Numbered from the whole stretch's first letter, positions 38,248-50,395 are shown. The stretch: 62,315 nt of DNA, filler included, from Circinaria calcarea (GCA_051942165.1; 4 parts of 4 records of this genome joined end to end with filler, not necessarily neighbours in it), one strand, 5' to 3'. Program-made: numbers and translations. The notes: a model not told the origin generated them from the letters alone.

Positions 38248-39391
38248 TTAGGCCTTCGTCTTTATCTCAATATCATACTTGGCAAACGGCAGAATGACTT
38301 TCTTACGGCCGTCGTCACCCTGCATCAGTACAAGTTGAGTGAAGAACTCGTCTCTTATATATCTCAACTCTTTGAATTCTTCTCGATCAGGATCGAAATT
38401 CCAAGGTTCTGTAGATGTGTCTGATACGTGGTCCTCAGAAAGTCTTCTCCGTTTCTGCCTAGGATCTTTATTCTCCTTACTCTCAGCATGATCTGCTGAA
38501 ACGTCAAAATCTGTAGCTTTTGGATGGTAGACTAATATGCTGACCTTCAACCCCTTCTACGATTTCCTCTTCGTCTGCAGCTCGTTTCCGTTTCAAGCCT
38601 TCTTCACTTCGTCCGGCTTCCGGGATCGCTTGGTCTTGTTGTGCGGTACTCGAGTATTCCTCACGTGTTAAGCAGCTTTCTTGGCGCAATGGCTCTCTTA
38701 AAGGACTAGGCGATGGACGTTGCCGCTGATTATTGGGGTATCTGGATGCTCGCGGTGTATCCTTCAGCAACTCTCGCTGTTCCCTATGATAAACTCTTAA
38801 CTCCTCGACGTATCTCTTCAACCTAGAATGATGATAATTGAACACTTCGAAGAGCTCTGTCAGGTTATCGCTAATACGCAAAGTGGCCTTTTGGTAATGA
38901 TCATCTCGTTGAAGCTGTTGTGATAGTTGAATAGGCGACGTCTCAGTGTCGGTGCAAAAAGTCTCATGCTGTCCGTTATCTTGTGACGACTGTTGTTTCA
39001 ACGTAGCAGGCGAACCTTCTGCAGGGAAGTCCTCCAGCTGAGAGTACTCCTCATGAATCCATTCCGCCAGCTTAAGAATGCAATATAGCCGTCCGATGAA
39101 GTCCCTAAGATCTGTCGCATAATCAGGGGTCAACCACAACCAGGACCATCCGTCTGAACTCGATCTTCTTGTACTGCATAAGTCGAGGACTAAGTCTTTT
39201 AATAACGTCTCGATCGCCACTTCAAACTCCTCCAAGCAGTCTTCCGAACTAGATCTACCAACCCTTTGCAGGTTTGCCGCTTTCGATTGCAAGTATTTGA
39301 TCCACTCCTCAATAGACTTCGCCCTCTCGAGTATCTTTCCTAGACGCGGGTCTTGTCCAACAGCGTGAGGGGAATTTGAAGTTGACATCAT
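38248..39391 (-). CDS. Hypothetical nuclear-like protein (two exons), possibly 3'-truncated by C to T mutations
   Basis: ORFs 38504-39391 and 38248-38550 join through a 49-nt GTCAGC..TTTCAG intron; basic motifs LKRKR, QKRRR. Confidence 0.55.
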
Positions 39392-40470
39392 TGAAGTTAG
39401 TTAGGAACGATACTGGAAATCGTAACAACGGAGTTTGGATCATTACTGTCTCCAGCAAAGGCGAAAGCGAGCTATATAAGAGGTACAAGGCGGATGCCCG
39501 GCCGTTTATTCCAGATTCAGATGCTCCCTTGCGTGAAATCAGCTCGACAGGTTAGCAGCGATCATCCATGGCAAGGGGGGGAAAGGGAAGGATTTCCGAA
39601 GTGAAACACACCTGTCTCATACTTGACTCCCTGTTACTCTATGTCCAGAAAGATGCCAGGGAGAAGTGTGATCGACTGTAGTTTGCCCTACCAAAACTAC
39701 CTGGTATAAAAATACCGAATAAGATGAGGAGAGGTAAAACAGACTTGCAAGATGAGATGAGAAATATGTGCATAACGTCAGTTCGGCTTCTTTGCCTATC
39801 TTAGCTTTATCCTGTTGACTGCTAACAGACTCAAATCTGAAATAGGCTTCCCAGATGTGTGCCTCTCTAGCTGTGTGACGCACCAACTGCTTTGCCTTAA
39901 GACAGCTATAGTAGTCACAGTGATTATAATCACAAGGCACATCTTGCATGCTTGCTCGATCCGGTGATCATCGGAAATTGTGCCTCTTGAATCCCATTAA
40001 GACTTAGCGCTTCTTCTTTTCCCTATTGCCCTTTTCCAGACATCCGCCATCTTCTAACATGCATTATTAACTCGTAAAGAGCCAATCCAAAGCTCCGTCT
40101 AATAAACCATCCCTGTTCTGTTTTCTCGCCTTCGGCCTGTAGACGGGATGGCTTATTGTCCTCTCATCATTCTAATCATCGACAACTGCAAGCTGAACTG
40201 ACAAGCTACAACCCCAAAGGCATTTTTACGGGGCGTCATGTCGCTCAGACTAGTAGGGATATGCAACCATCACTCCTTTAGCTCCTTTACTCTAGGCCTA
40301 TGCATCTTTGTGGCTCTGTCGAGCTTGTGGGTTTTCCATGTGAGCGTTCCAAAAATGAAGTCAGTAGCCTCTCCCCAGAAACCTGTAGCTGCCTAATCTG
40401 CGTCGCACACAACCAGATCCATGAGATGCATTGAACAAGGTCCCCCGTGCTGCTCAGTTGACCGAGGGTT

Positions 40471-42990
40471 CTAGCTCGAGAAGGTGCCTAGATGCGGCAC
40501 TGAGGTCAGTCTCAGCCGTTTTCCTAACAATCGCAGGGTTTCTGGATTGCTGTGTAAGTTGGCGATGCAAGGTGAGACGGTAAAGGTCCAGGCCGGGCTT
40601 GTTGTAGATCGTAAGGGTTGCCACGCGGGATTTCTTGATGGGTTGAAATTCTTTTTGACAAAGATCCTAGTAACGCTCAAACTGTACTTCGCGGAAGAAA
40701 CATGAAACTTCCAGGTAGAGAGCGTGTAGGGATGATCTAAATGGACTTTGTATGCGTTAGCTAACACTCTTTTATATTGTCGCAATCTGTCACTCCCTAC
40801 CCGGAGTTCAGTGGATAGATCGATTGTAAACGATGGATATCAATCAACCCTAGGCTTCACGACTTCCATCACGTGACACTCCCATTCCTCCTAGAGTATG
40901 TGATTTATAATGATTTTATGAATGTTTATGAACTGTCAAAACTGCACTTACTAAGCGAGAGCCGGCGCCATTAAATCATTCTCTGTACATAGAAACATTC
41001 GAGAGATTTTTGCAGATCTCAATAGATATACAAGATTTACCAATTCCGACACATGATTCCTCAAGTTTCGAAGTTGGCGTGATTGCTATAATGGTATAGG
41101 AGGTAATATCCTGCATTTCTATTAGAGGTGTACTGCTCGTTAATTGCAATATACTATACCACGGTGCCTCCTCCACATCTCCTAAGCGTCTACTGTCAAG
41201 ATTTTCTTTTTGTCCTCTCTTTCCTTCTCCCTTTCTTTATTGCTTTCCTCCCAAGCGTTTCCCCCTTCTTTACATTACCTTCTCGGCCTTCTCCTCTTGG
41301 CCTTCTCTTTCTCGGCTTTCTCCTTCTCGGCCTTCTTCTTTTCTGTCTTTCCTTTTTCGACCTTTCCCTTTGCGGTTATTTCGAGAAAATGTTCTTCGCA
41401 ACGTCTCTGTGGAAAAATATAAGACCAGTACAACGCTTCTAGAATATTACATACCAAAAGCATTTTCCATCTAACCAACGCCTCCGTTGCCACAATCATT
41501 GCTCTTTCGTCGCGTATGGAGAGATTAAATATCCATAATAAACCCTCGAAGGCAGTTACCCAGGCATCGTTATCAACTGCAAAAGCGAAAGCAAAGTTCG
41601 GCAGAGAGTAGGGTGGAAAATGTCGATAAGCCCAGCCAGCAGAGCCTAGAAATCTTATCTGGTCGGGAGTTAATTCATATAGTACTGCCCAGAACACTGA
41701 TTCGCCTATAACGAGAAGTTCTGGTGATTGCTCGCCAAGCCACCTCTGGTAGAATATTGATCGGAGAGCATAATGTGCCCACGAGGAAAGGAGGGAAGTG
41801 ACTGGCATTTTCCGTGTGTGACAATACCATAACTAGTTATACTTAGTACATTTTCAGTCCATTGAAAGAGATACCAACTTACTGCATCTTCGCTTGAACG
41901 AGCTGGCCTTCCAAAGGTCTGGGTGAACCAAATCTTGTAATCCTTTTCGTCGGTTAAAGAATCAAGGTTGTTTACGGGAGCCTGCAAAGTTGCCAAAGTA
42001 GTTATTGCACCTTTCATTCTGTAGGCTAACATGACTTGTCCGTAAAATCATTTGTTGTTTATTGTGATTGTCTTCCTGTTAGTGATTGTTAGCTTACTGG
42101 AAGCCTAATGTATATAAGACATACCCTCCGACGTTCCTCCAAGGTGCCTTCCATTCCCTCCATACTGCGGATATCAGTGCTAATAGTGATGATTGAATTA
42201 GCATACCTGGCGAGACCATGTATATCACACGAGGAAGGCCTTTGATTTAACGTTCAAAGCTCTACCGAATCAAACACCGTCTCCGCTCGTAATATTAAAA
42301 CACCTCGGCTGTGCAACGCACCGAAGAGCGAGCCCAACAGCATTGACTATCCCGGCCATGAAAGATAAGACCTTCTCAATTTGGCATCTGCCGCGATTAA
42401 CAGTTCACGCCACTTACCAAGAGTAGGGTCTCGAGTTTCGCCAGTTTGATTAGTGACGCTATGGCTTCCCCTATGCTGAAAGCTGCACAGCATATTATGC
42501 TCCTAGGCAAACAGGTAAGGGAATATTCCCGCATCGAATTGGATGTACGGATGGCTATGCTAATCCCTGCGGTTTGCAAAAGTGGGACCAGACTCGTCAC
42601 CAAGTAGAAAGCGATTGTCCAATAGCCGTTCCCGTGTTCATACTTCCTCCGACCTAGTCCTCACAATCGCTGCGTCTATTTTAAGTGAGATGACTGGTTG
42701 AATGTGAATGGCTGAGCTTTGAACCTTGTACACATAGCTCGCCCAAACGGATGTTAGCAACATCCATTCGATGCTACTTGGTACCCTTGCCATAACCCAG
42801 ATGGTCGGCATTGCACATAATAAGGAGAGAAGCGGCACAGGCAAAAGCTGGAAGAGGAATGGGGTAGGCAGCTGAGGTGTATGATACCATTCCGCTAGAA
42901 AGTCAATAAGCAGAAGCGTATAATGGTATGCAGGGCAAACGCCAATACTCTTTCTCATTATATAGGAATTGACGGGCATGATCTCTCCGA
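40471..42990 (-). other. Co-oriented coding-like segments; multi-exon orphan gene(s) or pseudogene
   Basis: ORFs 42638-42979, 42397-42603, 41706-42032, 41275-41808, 40471-40785 all on minus strand; no family recognised. Confidence 0.35.
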
Positions 42991-43079
42991 TCTCTTCGGG
43001 GTATAATTAGATCATCAAACTGGTTGGACGCCGAGAAAGCATCTACCATACGTACACACGAGAAGGCAGTTTTAGCGAG

Positions 43080-43216
43080 TAACCGTACCCGACTAAAAGC
43101 ATCCGCTTATGCTTAGTCGGGTACGGTTAATTGCATTTGCATGGCTTTAAACTCAGCACGCTATTCCATTTTCTCTGCGAGAATCTCGTAACAAAAATGG
43201 AATAGCGCGCACCGAG
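43080..43216. repeat. Two adjacent palindromic hairpins
   Basis: TAACCGTACCCGACTAA / TTAGTCGGGTACGGTTA (17 bp perfect, 43080-43129) and CGCTATTCCATTTT / AAAATGGAATAGCG (14 bp perfect). Confidence 0.9.
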
Positions 43217-43300
43217 ATTCCAATGCCAAGTCTCAAATTATCACCAACATCACGACAAGCAAGCAGCCACCATCGCTCAGTAGATGGTACATAAAATTGC

Positions 43301-43639
43301 ATGGACGCGTACTTTGGACCCCGTTATGTATCGTTCCAAAGGGTTACTTCAATGCCGAATCTGGGTTCGCACATCTTGCTGCTCACCGTTTTAATACGTG
43401 CACCAGTGCCAGTGCCGCAGAATGCGACTTCTAATACTGATTCTCCATTACTGTCTCCTCGCCGTATTCGAGACGACATGATTGCTCGGGAGTTGACCGG
43501 GGCATTACGAAAAGGCCTTCTTTGGGAACGGGAGGATAAACGTTCAACATTCAATGCGGTGTCCAAGTGTAGAAACACGGCTTACGATATTAACGAGAAC
43601 TGGGCTGATCCCCAAGACTATCATCAGAGGGGATGGTAG
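43301..43639 (+). pseudogene. Isolated C-terminal fragment resembling conserved fungal DUF3295 proteins
   Basis: LSPRRIRDDMIARELTGALRKGLLWEREDK...DYHQRGW* resembles the family's SPRTTRRNMLATELTESLR..LLWER...YH..GW end (from recall). Confidence 0.6.
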
Positions 43640-43960
43640 ACCATCTCCATAGACTCGTACAATTACGCCTGTCGTGGGTTCCTTCCGCTCACTCCTTTGC
43701 CTGTAAACGTAATTGGCTCAAGCAACTATTTTGATTTACTTAGTTCATTCTCCTGTGGGTCCTCTCTGCAACGTCTACAGCTCCACTGTATGTATGACAA
43801 AGGTAGCGTTGGTGAACTGCTTACTTGCCGTTTTTGCATCCACTTATGCGACAAACATCTAGTCATCCTTAATGGCATTTTATTAGCCCCACGTATCTTT
43901 TTTCCATATATCTACCCTTACTCTCCCTTCAGAGGGTGAATCAACTCTTTCCATCCCAAC

Positions 43961-44160
43961 ATGTGTGATTATACACAGGTCACCTACCTATGTAAACACG
44001 TTCATTACATAGTCAAAGCCTGGTGTACTCGTTATGAGCAGACACATGAGCGGTGTGCTCCAAATGTAGTGGCCTTGTGAGTTAGACTGTCAATTATGTC
44101 AATATTAGAGGGAAACTAACATGTCCTGTCTAAAGAGAAGCTAAGCCTGCAAAATGTGGT
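43961..44160 (+). CDS. Small Cys/His-rich protein; 3' exon unresolved; absent from ORF track
   Basis: MCDYTQVTYLCKHVHYIVKAWCTRYEQTHERCAPNVVAL, then GTGAGT donor at 44077, CTAAC branch, short exon EAKPAKC. Confidence 0.65.
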
Positions 44161-44488
44161 GTGTCCTCCGCTCTCTGTTCTCTGTTCTATGCTCCCTGTT
44201 CCCTCTTCTATACCATAATCCTCTTTGAATGCTGTTCACTAGCCTCACTTCTTTCCGTAATCTCGTTCAATCATTTCTATTCTTGATAAGAGGTCGATTA
44301 CAAACCCACAAACAGTAGCTAAATGCTCAAGACAGTTAAGATCATTGACACAGTGACATTAGGAAAATGTAAAGCTAGTTCGCCGAATCTACCAACCCCA
44401 AAATAGGCCCAACTCCGTTAAAGCACATTAATAATTGAACACTTTCGGAGACTATCTCATCTGCGTCATAGGACGGCGTGAATTCTGT

Positions 44489-45130
44489 CTATACTACGGC
44501 AAACCATCTATTAATCCTACGGTCATGAGGCCTGAACGCAGCTTCAGCCTGTCGCTGTATCACTAGCGCCTTGAGATGTGGCAATCTCGTAGCTTCCTGT
44601 CTACGTTTGAGCTCTTCCAAAGCTTCTCTGTCCCTTCGTTCGCGCTCTGCTTTTTCCAAGTCGGCCTTTAACTTCTCAGCTTTGGCAGCTTCTTCTTCGA
44701 TGGCGGCTTCCGCGGCGCGCATGCTTTCGGCCTGGCGTTGCATTTCTACCTCGAGTTCGTGGGCACGACGTTCGGCGGCAGCTTTATCGCGGAGAAGAGT
44801 CTGCCATGTGGACTTGGATACCCCGGGGTCTCGAGTTTGCGTCGGCTGAGATAGCTCTTCCGGGGTTTCTTGCGAAATTGGGAGTTGTTGACGTCCAAGA
44901 GCCTGATCCAGTAATTTGGTGACCTTGGGTCCGGTGTCCTACGTACTGTCCAATGAGATCTAAAGCCGAGCATTCTTCAACTGTAGCATTTGCCAAAAAG
45001 CCCATCTCATAAAACACTTTGCCAACCTTTCTCGCAGTTGTCGTCTTTCCCATTCCTGATCAGAAGCAATTAGCGCTGCTTAAACATTGAGAGAAGCTTC
45101 CACCATACCTGGAGGGTTTGCCACCGGGCT
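44489..45130 (-). pseudogene. Internally deleted CbxX/CfxQ-type AAA ATPase relic
   Basis: PPG/MGKTTTARKVGKVFYEMGFLANATVEECSALDLIGQYVGH, then frameshift and a coiled-coil tail. Confidence 0.7.
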
Positions 45131-45956
45131 CCACGTCTTGTATACCCGCTCCGGTTCTTGGATCCCATCGTATCGTGAAGAGTTTATAACGACAACATCA
45201 CCACATTACATGATGATGTCCTCCACCTGAAGGACATTGACGAAAGCCTGGCTGTGGAGTCATTTTACATCTGTAGGGAAGGTTGGTAGATTGGGAATGG
45301 TGTTGCGTTATATTGAGCGTTCGAAGGCTGGGCACGTGAAGCAGACCTATCCACGGAAACAGTAAACCTACTGATTAGACGAATGGTCCGATTTATCCGT
45401 TAGAGACAACGAAGGAAGAATGGTGTCACATGTAGCTACGGAAAAGGGCGACGAAGAGATGATTGGTCATGATAAGATTTGAATCAACGAGTCGGCTGCA
45501 TGTCAGGGCTGACTGAACTAAAAACATCAAGCAACCTGATCGCAACGACCCTTCCACCACCATTGTCAAGCCAAAGGACAAGATTACCTCAACTATAACG
45601 AGCCGGGGCTTTAAGGATGCTCGAGACTGGGTGAAGGGATAAAGCGATGAATTTATAATAGCTGTTAATGGCAGGGTGATAGACACGTCCAGACGTCCAT
45701 ATCGGAACCAACTGAGCATAGCACGCTGTCTTCATCGACGAATGAACCCACTCTGTTCGACTCTGACACATCGGCTGACGAACTTACCCTAAAAGCCAGT
45801 TATCTCGAAAACCATTTAACAAGTAGTGAGTGAGCCTCGATTTCGGAACAGGGGAGAAAGCCTATCGCCGCTATATAGACATTCCATACTGACTGGTTCC
45901 AAGTACTTTGCCAGAGTGCTGTGGACCCCTTAGGCTGCCGTACTCTTGGTTATTTT

Positions 45957-46492
45957 CAATGTATGTACACCTTCGTTACATATACGTACACCCAAACCAT
46001 CATATATGTACACCCCCGGATCAGGCAAAAAAATGGAAAATCTGAATAAGCATATGATACGCGATCTTTGAACCCACCAGTGGTAATAAAAGAGGGGTGG
46101 GCAAAGCTACGAAAGCTACGGGGGACCCGGCGAGTGCGTGTTATAGCAGATATAAGATGAGGTAAAAGCGCTAGAAGCTATGGCAGTCGTGGAGGACGAG
46201 GGCGGCGGCGGGGTGAGAGGCGTGGAAGAAATAGAATAGCACTAATAATGGCAGCGGAGTTAATACAGCCAGTATAGCCAGCAGATGAAGGTACATTTAT
46301 CAATTCTCAGCTATATTATCGGAGAATAAAAAGCAATTTATATGGCAGCTTAACTGTATTTTAATATAAATCCCCGAATAATCTAAGCCGTGCGCGTTCA
46401 ACTTATATAACGTCGATTACTGCCAATCCAGGGGGGGGGTGGGGTATGATATCTTGAGTGTACATGTATGTAATAAAGGTGTACATACATTG
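45957..46492. mobile_element. Non-autonomous TIR element (536 bp)
   Basis: 48-bp TIRs 45957-46004 and 46445-46492, 40/48 identical, beginning CAATGTATGTACACCTT; no internal ORF; no clear TSD. Confidence 0.8.
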
Positions 46493-46776
46493 GGATCCTT
46501 TAACAATCGCATAACAGCATATAGCTACCGAGACGAGGTGACTCTATTTGCCTGAGAAAATCCTGGACCATCGGCCCTGCTTTCATCGTTTTCAGACGTA
46601 GTTATGGGCTGGCGCTCATCAGAAAATAAAAAACAAGACCAGTAACGTTCACGAAAGTTCAATGAAACAAGGAATTCTACGGGATATTCTACGATCTGCG
46701 CTCAGATTCGATCCTCCTCACCAGTATAGCAGTGTTCTCAATACCCCACCCCACTTACCCTGGGGTGGGGTGGGGT

Positions 46777-46876
46777 NNNNNNNNNNNNNNNNNNNNNNNN
46801 NNNNNNNNNNNNNNNNNNNNTTAATTAATTAANNNNNNNNNNNNNNNNNNNNNNNNNNNNNNNNNNNNNNNNNNNN
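46777..46876. other. Artificial contig linker
   Basis: N44-TTAATTAATTAA-N44. Confidence 0.99.
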
Positions 46877-47337
46877 ACGCGAGCGAGGGCGGAGTCGATA
46901 TCGGGGGTGGGCCCCACTCCCACCATCTCGCAGTCAATGGCAATATATTTCCCCGCTTCCACAGATGGAGAGAGTCCAGCGTTGATCGAGTCCCCCGCGT
47001 ATTTTGTATCTGGTAACGAGGTAGTTTTTAGGGTTGTGCCGTAGGCAGCTGCAAGGTCTTTGGCGGAAATGTCGTTGTCTTCTGCCCAGAGAGCCAAGGA
47101 GGCAGAGGGGGCGGTGTCAATGACCTTTGAGGTGCCGAAGCCCATACCCTTGTTGGCTGAAGTGACTCTTTCTGATGGTCTCCTGAGCTTCGAGTCCGAT
47201 TTGTATCGTTTGGCACCGTTGCGCTGCGGTTGAAGGATATCCTCGCTGGCTTTGCGCTTGGTGGGCTTGGACGGCTGATCTCTCTGCAGTGACTTTTGAA
47301 GCTGCTTCCAATTACTGGAAAGGTCTTTCAGCTCCAT
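46877..47337 (-). CDS. REX4: RNA exonuclease 4, 5' part (truncated by contig edge)
   Basis: LSSNWKQLQ N-terminus; DEDDh motif I KYIAIDCEMVGVGP..SALAR. Confidence 0.9.
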
Positions 47338-47443
47338 GTCATAGGGTTGATGTTGGAGATGGTCGCTGCCACGTCAAGACTGATTGGCGATGTTCGAGTG
47401 GCAAAGGTTGCCCACTAAGGAGTAGCGCCTACTTTGGTCGTAG

Positions 47444-47574
47444 GGGTATTAGTCGTTAGCACCACGCTAAAGCCACTAAATATTATGGTTAACTGACTGA
47501 TCTAACTGGGGGAGAAAAAGGCTCTAACTACATTAGGCATCGATCTACTAGTGCCACGCTAACGACTAATACCC
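47444..47574. mobile_element. MITE-like element (131 bp)
   Basis: Perfect 17-bp TIR GGGTATTAGTCGTTAGC / GCTAACGACTAATACCC. Confidence 0.6.
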
Positions 47575-47693
47575 ATCCGGCCATAGTAATTTCTCTGTAG
47601 CCTGATTATAAGCTAATTATTGATTAGGCGCTGATGGGGAAGGGTTATAAAACTCGTTCGCTCCATCGATACAGTAAAAAAGGAAGTGCTTAT

Positions 47694-48001
47694 TTGGGGG
47701 TTTTAGCAGAATTTTGTAAGAGGTATGTTATGTAAGGGAGCCCGGCGCCGAGACCTTAAGCCTGATATAGTAAGGCCCAGGTGGCAGGCCTACCATGCTG
47801 GCACAGAATCTGCGCCCTGGTATTGGTTAGAAACGTTCACTAATATACAAAGTAACATAGCTCTGTTGTGGAAGTACAACGGAGCTACGTAAAGCTAAGC
47901 CGGGGTTCTTTTCATGTAGGGTATGTATTGTTTGGGGTCAAAGTTATTCCGCGCCTAGGTTTACATTACACTAACATAACAAGTTTTGCTAAAAACCCCA
48001 A
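47694..48001. mobile_element. MITE-like element (~310 bp)
   Basis: Imperfect TIR TTGGGGGTTTTAGCAGAATTTTGT / ACAAGTTTTGCTAAAAACCCCAA. Confidence 0.55.
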
Positions 48002-48349
48002 TTGTAGAATAAAAATGTAGGGTTTCTATACTTTGATTTGCATAGAGGGCTGGAGGGACCAGGCCTATAGGTAATTCTTGGGGAAAACACGAGATTTGTT
48101 GTGCTTGATGTTCAGGCTGGCTGATTGCCGCTCGTGCAACTGAAGGAATTGGATAAGGGGGGGGGAGTAAGGTTCGTGTGATAAGGTCTTTGGCTTCGCC
48201 TGGGTGATAAACTGACCCTGCATGGTGCCCGCATAAGGTTTATTAATGTATTACTCTACTACTGTTGCCACTACTTAAATTACAACATTCTATAATGCAT
48301 CCCTTCAGCCTTTGCTCTCAAGACTCAGATCGGTATAACTCAAAGGCAC

Positions 48350-49668
48350 ATGGCGATCCATGATAGTCATCCTAAAATTGAAGGGAACTTCGATCTCGAC
48401 AAGAGCGTTATTGAAGGTTTGTACCGCTTCCTATGTATGCAGCTTTTCTTCTAACCTCGCTATCTGACCTTTAGCTCTCCCTGTGCCCGGTACCCGAGTC
48501 ATATCGGCCCATATTTATGGGATGTCAGTATGGGCTCGTCCGGCAAGGATTGTCTGTCAATTACCAAATGGAGAGATAGTCAATTATTTCCTAAAGGTAT
48601 GTGAATAGTAGCGAATCTATGCTACGGAATCGGCTGAAGCTTCCCAAGGTTACAACCGGAGAGAGTGACAGGGTGATGAGTGAGGGTCAATACGAGTCTG
48701 ATAAGGCGATTCACGCCGTCTCTCCGGCCTTTGCCCCAAAAACTTTTGCGTGGGGCAAGTACCAAGCCCAAGGCCCGCCACACTATTTCTTGCTGGCAGA
48801 GTTCCGGGAGATCGGTCAGCAGCCTCCTGAACCCACCAGGCTCGCATCTCGTCTTGCTGAATTCCACAAAAACTCTGTCTCACCAACTGGAAAGTTCGGT
48901 TTCCACACCACAACCTGTCATGGTAAGATCACACAGATCACAGACTGTTGGGAAGACTTGTGGGAGAAGCTCTATCACAAGCAGCTTACCCACATGTTCG
49001 AACTCGATATAAAGAAGCATGGTACTTGGTCGGAGTTCGAGTTCTTGTCTCAACTGGTTCTTGACAAGTGTATCCCTCGCCTCCTGAGGCCACTGCAAAT
49101 GGAAGGCAGGACGATTAGGCCATGTCTCGTACATGGCAATATTTGGGACGAGAACACAGCTACAGATATAGAGACTGGAGAGCCATTCGTCTTCGACGGT
49201 AGCGCGTTCTACGGTCACAACGAATACGAGCTGGGTAATTGGAGGTCACCAAGACACCGGCTAAGTAGCAAGACCTACATTCGGAGCTATAAACGTCACT
49301 TTCCAGCGTCAGAGCCAGGTCAGTATATATCTATTGGTGCCCGCCAAGGAATGGGACTAATGACATCGATCATAAACAGAAGAAGACTGGGATTCGCGCA
49401 ATCTTCTCTATTCGTTGAGGTTTAATGTCGGAGCTGGAGTCCTCATTCCCGGGAGCAATTATCGTGAACTGTATGTTACGTCTCGCAAACTACTCAGCTG
49501 TGGCTAATGCGTTTTGTTTGGAGCGTGTTCGAGGATTTAAAAGAACTCTGCCGGAGAATCTGCCCTGAAGATCTTGCAGCTTTTCAATCGAGCTCTAAAG
49601 AAAGCGGAAGGTATCCTGATAAGGACCAGGGCGAGGAGGAGGAAGAGGAAGAAGAAGAGGAGGAATAA
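48350..49668 (+). CDS. Fructosamine-3-kinase family protein; catalytic Asp replaced by Asn
   Basis: Five hand-spliced exons; NYFLK, SPTGKFGFHTTTCHG, PCLVHGNIWDEN, FDGSAFYGHNEYELG, DWDSRNLLYSLRFN. Confidence 0.85.
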
Positions 49669-50395
49669 AGTCAATAGCCAAATTCCGTGATATGGAGGAT
49701 ACGTGGTAAACCATGCTTGATCTAGTTCGATTTACCTCATGTCATGATATCAGACAGAATTTCTGAAAACCATAACCTGGCCCCCGAGGGGGGTTTTTTC
49801 CCCCCCGAATACTCGGTAGTTAGTCTACTTCCAGTTAAAACTACTCTGAGCTGATCCCGTGTGTAAGAGTCATATCGCTGCCCCATACAAGTGTATCTAA
49901 TTTTTAGGGCCCTAGTGGAAGGATTGATTCCCTCGATTGTCTCCGGAGATTAAAACGGAAACCCCCGTAAGCTAGGAAACAAGCCCCTGTAAACACGGGG
50001 GGGAGATTCTAGCGGGAGCTTTGCCCTGGACCCCTGCATGCATGCAGTCTCGCAACACGAAGTGCGGCTGCCGATGATCGGCGACCAAAATCAAGATCTT
50101 CATGCCTATTGTAACCCCACGGTTGTTCTCCTTGCAGGGTTCTAATCATGCATGAACACAAAGCTATGATAGCTTGGAGTCGATGTTGGGATGCATGCAA
50201 TCTTTCGAAGAGCCACGCGCAAGTCTGAGAATCTAAATATCTTACCACGTAAGATACACGAGATGCCGCAGGTAGCGCCTTAACCTCAACCCTTATCATT
50301 GTCTCGGTTGTGCCAAAGGTCCCTGCTTCAAAGAAAGTGACTTGGACTCTCAACATAATATCTCATCGAATAGCAAATTCAGCGGGAAGTCAAAC

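Larger units (their letters stand above)
31321..46776 (+). mobile_element. Probable Starship-type giant transposon, left portion; boundaries not resolved
   Basis: DUF3435 recombinase is the first gene, about 300 bp from the left flank; rest of contig holds non-housekeeping genes, gene fragments and nested repeats. Confidence 0.65.

Noticed and set aside
49780..50006. C-run/G-run short palindromes
   Set aside because: Low complexity and short; expected by chance
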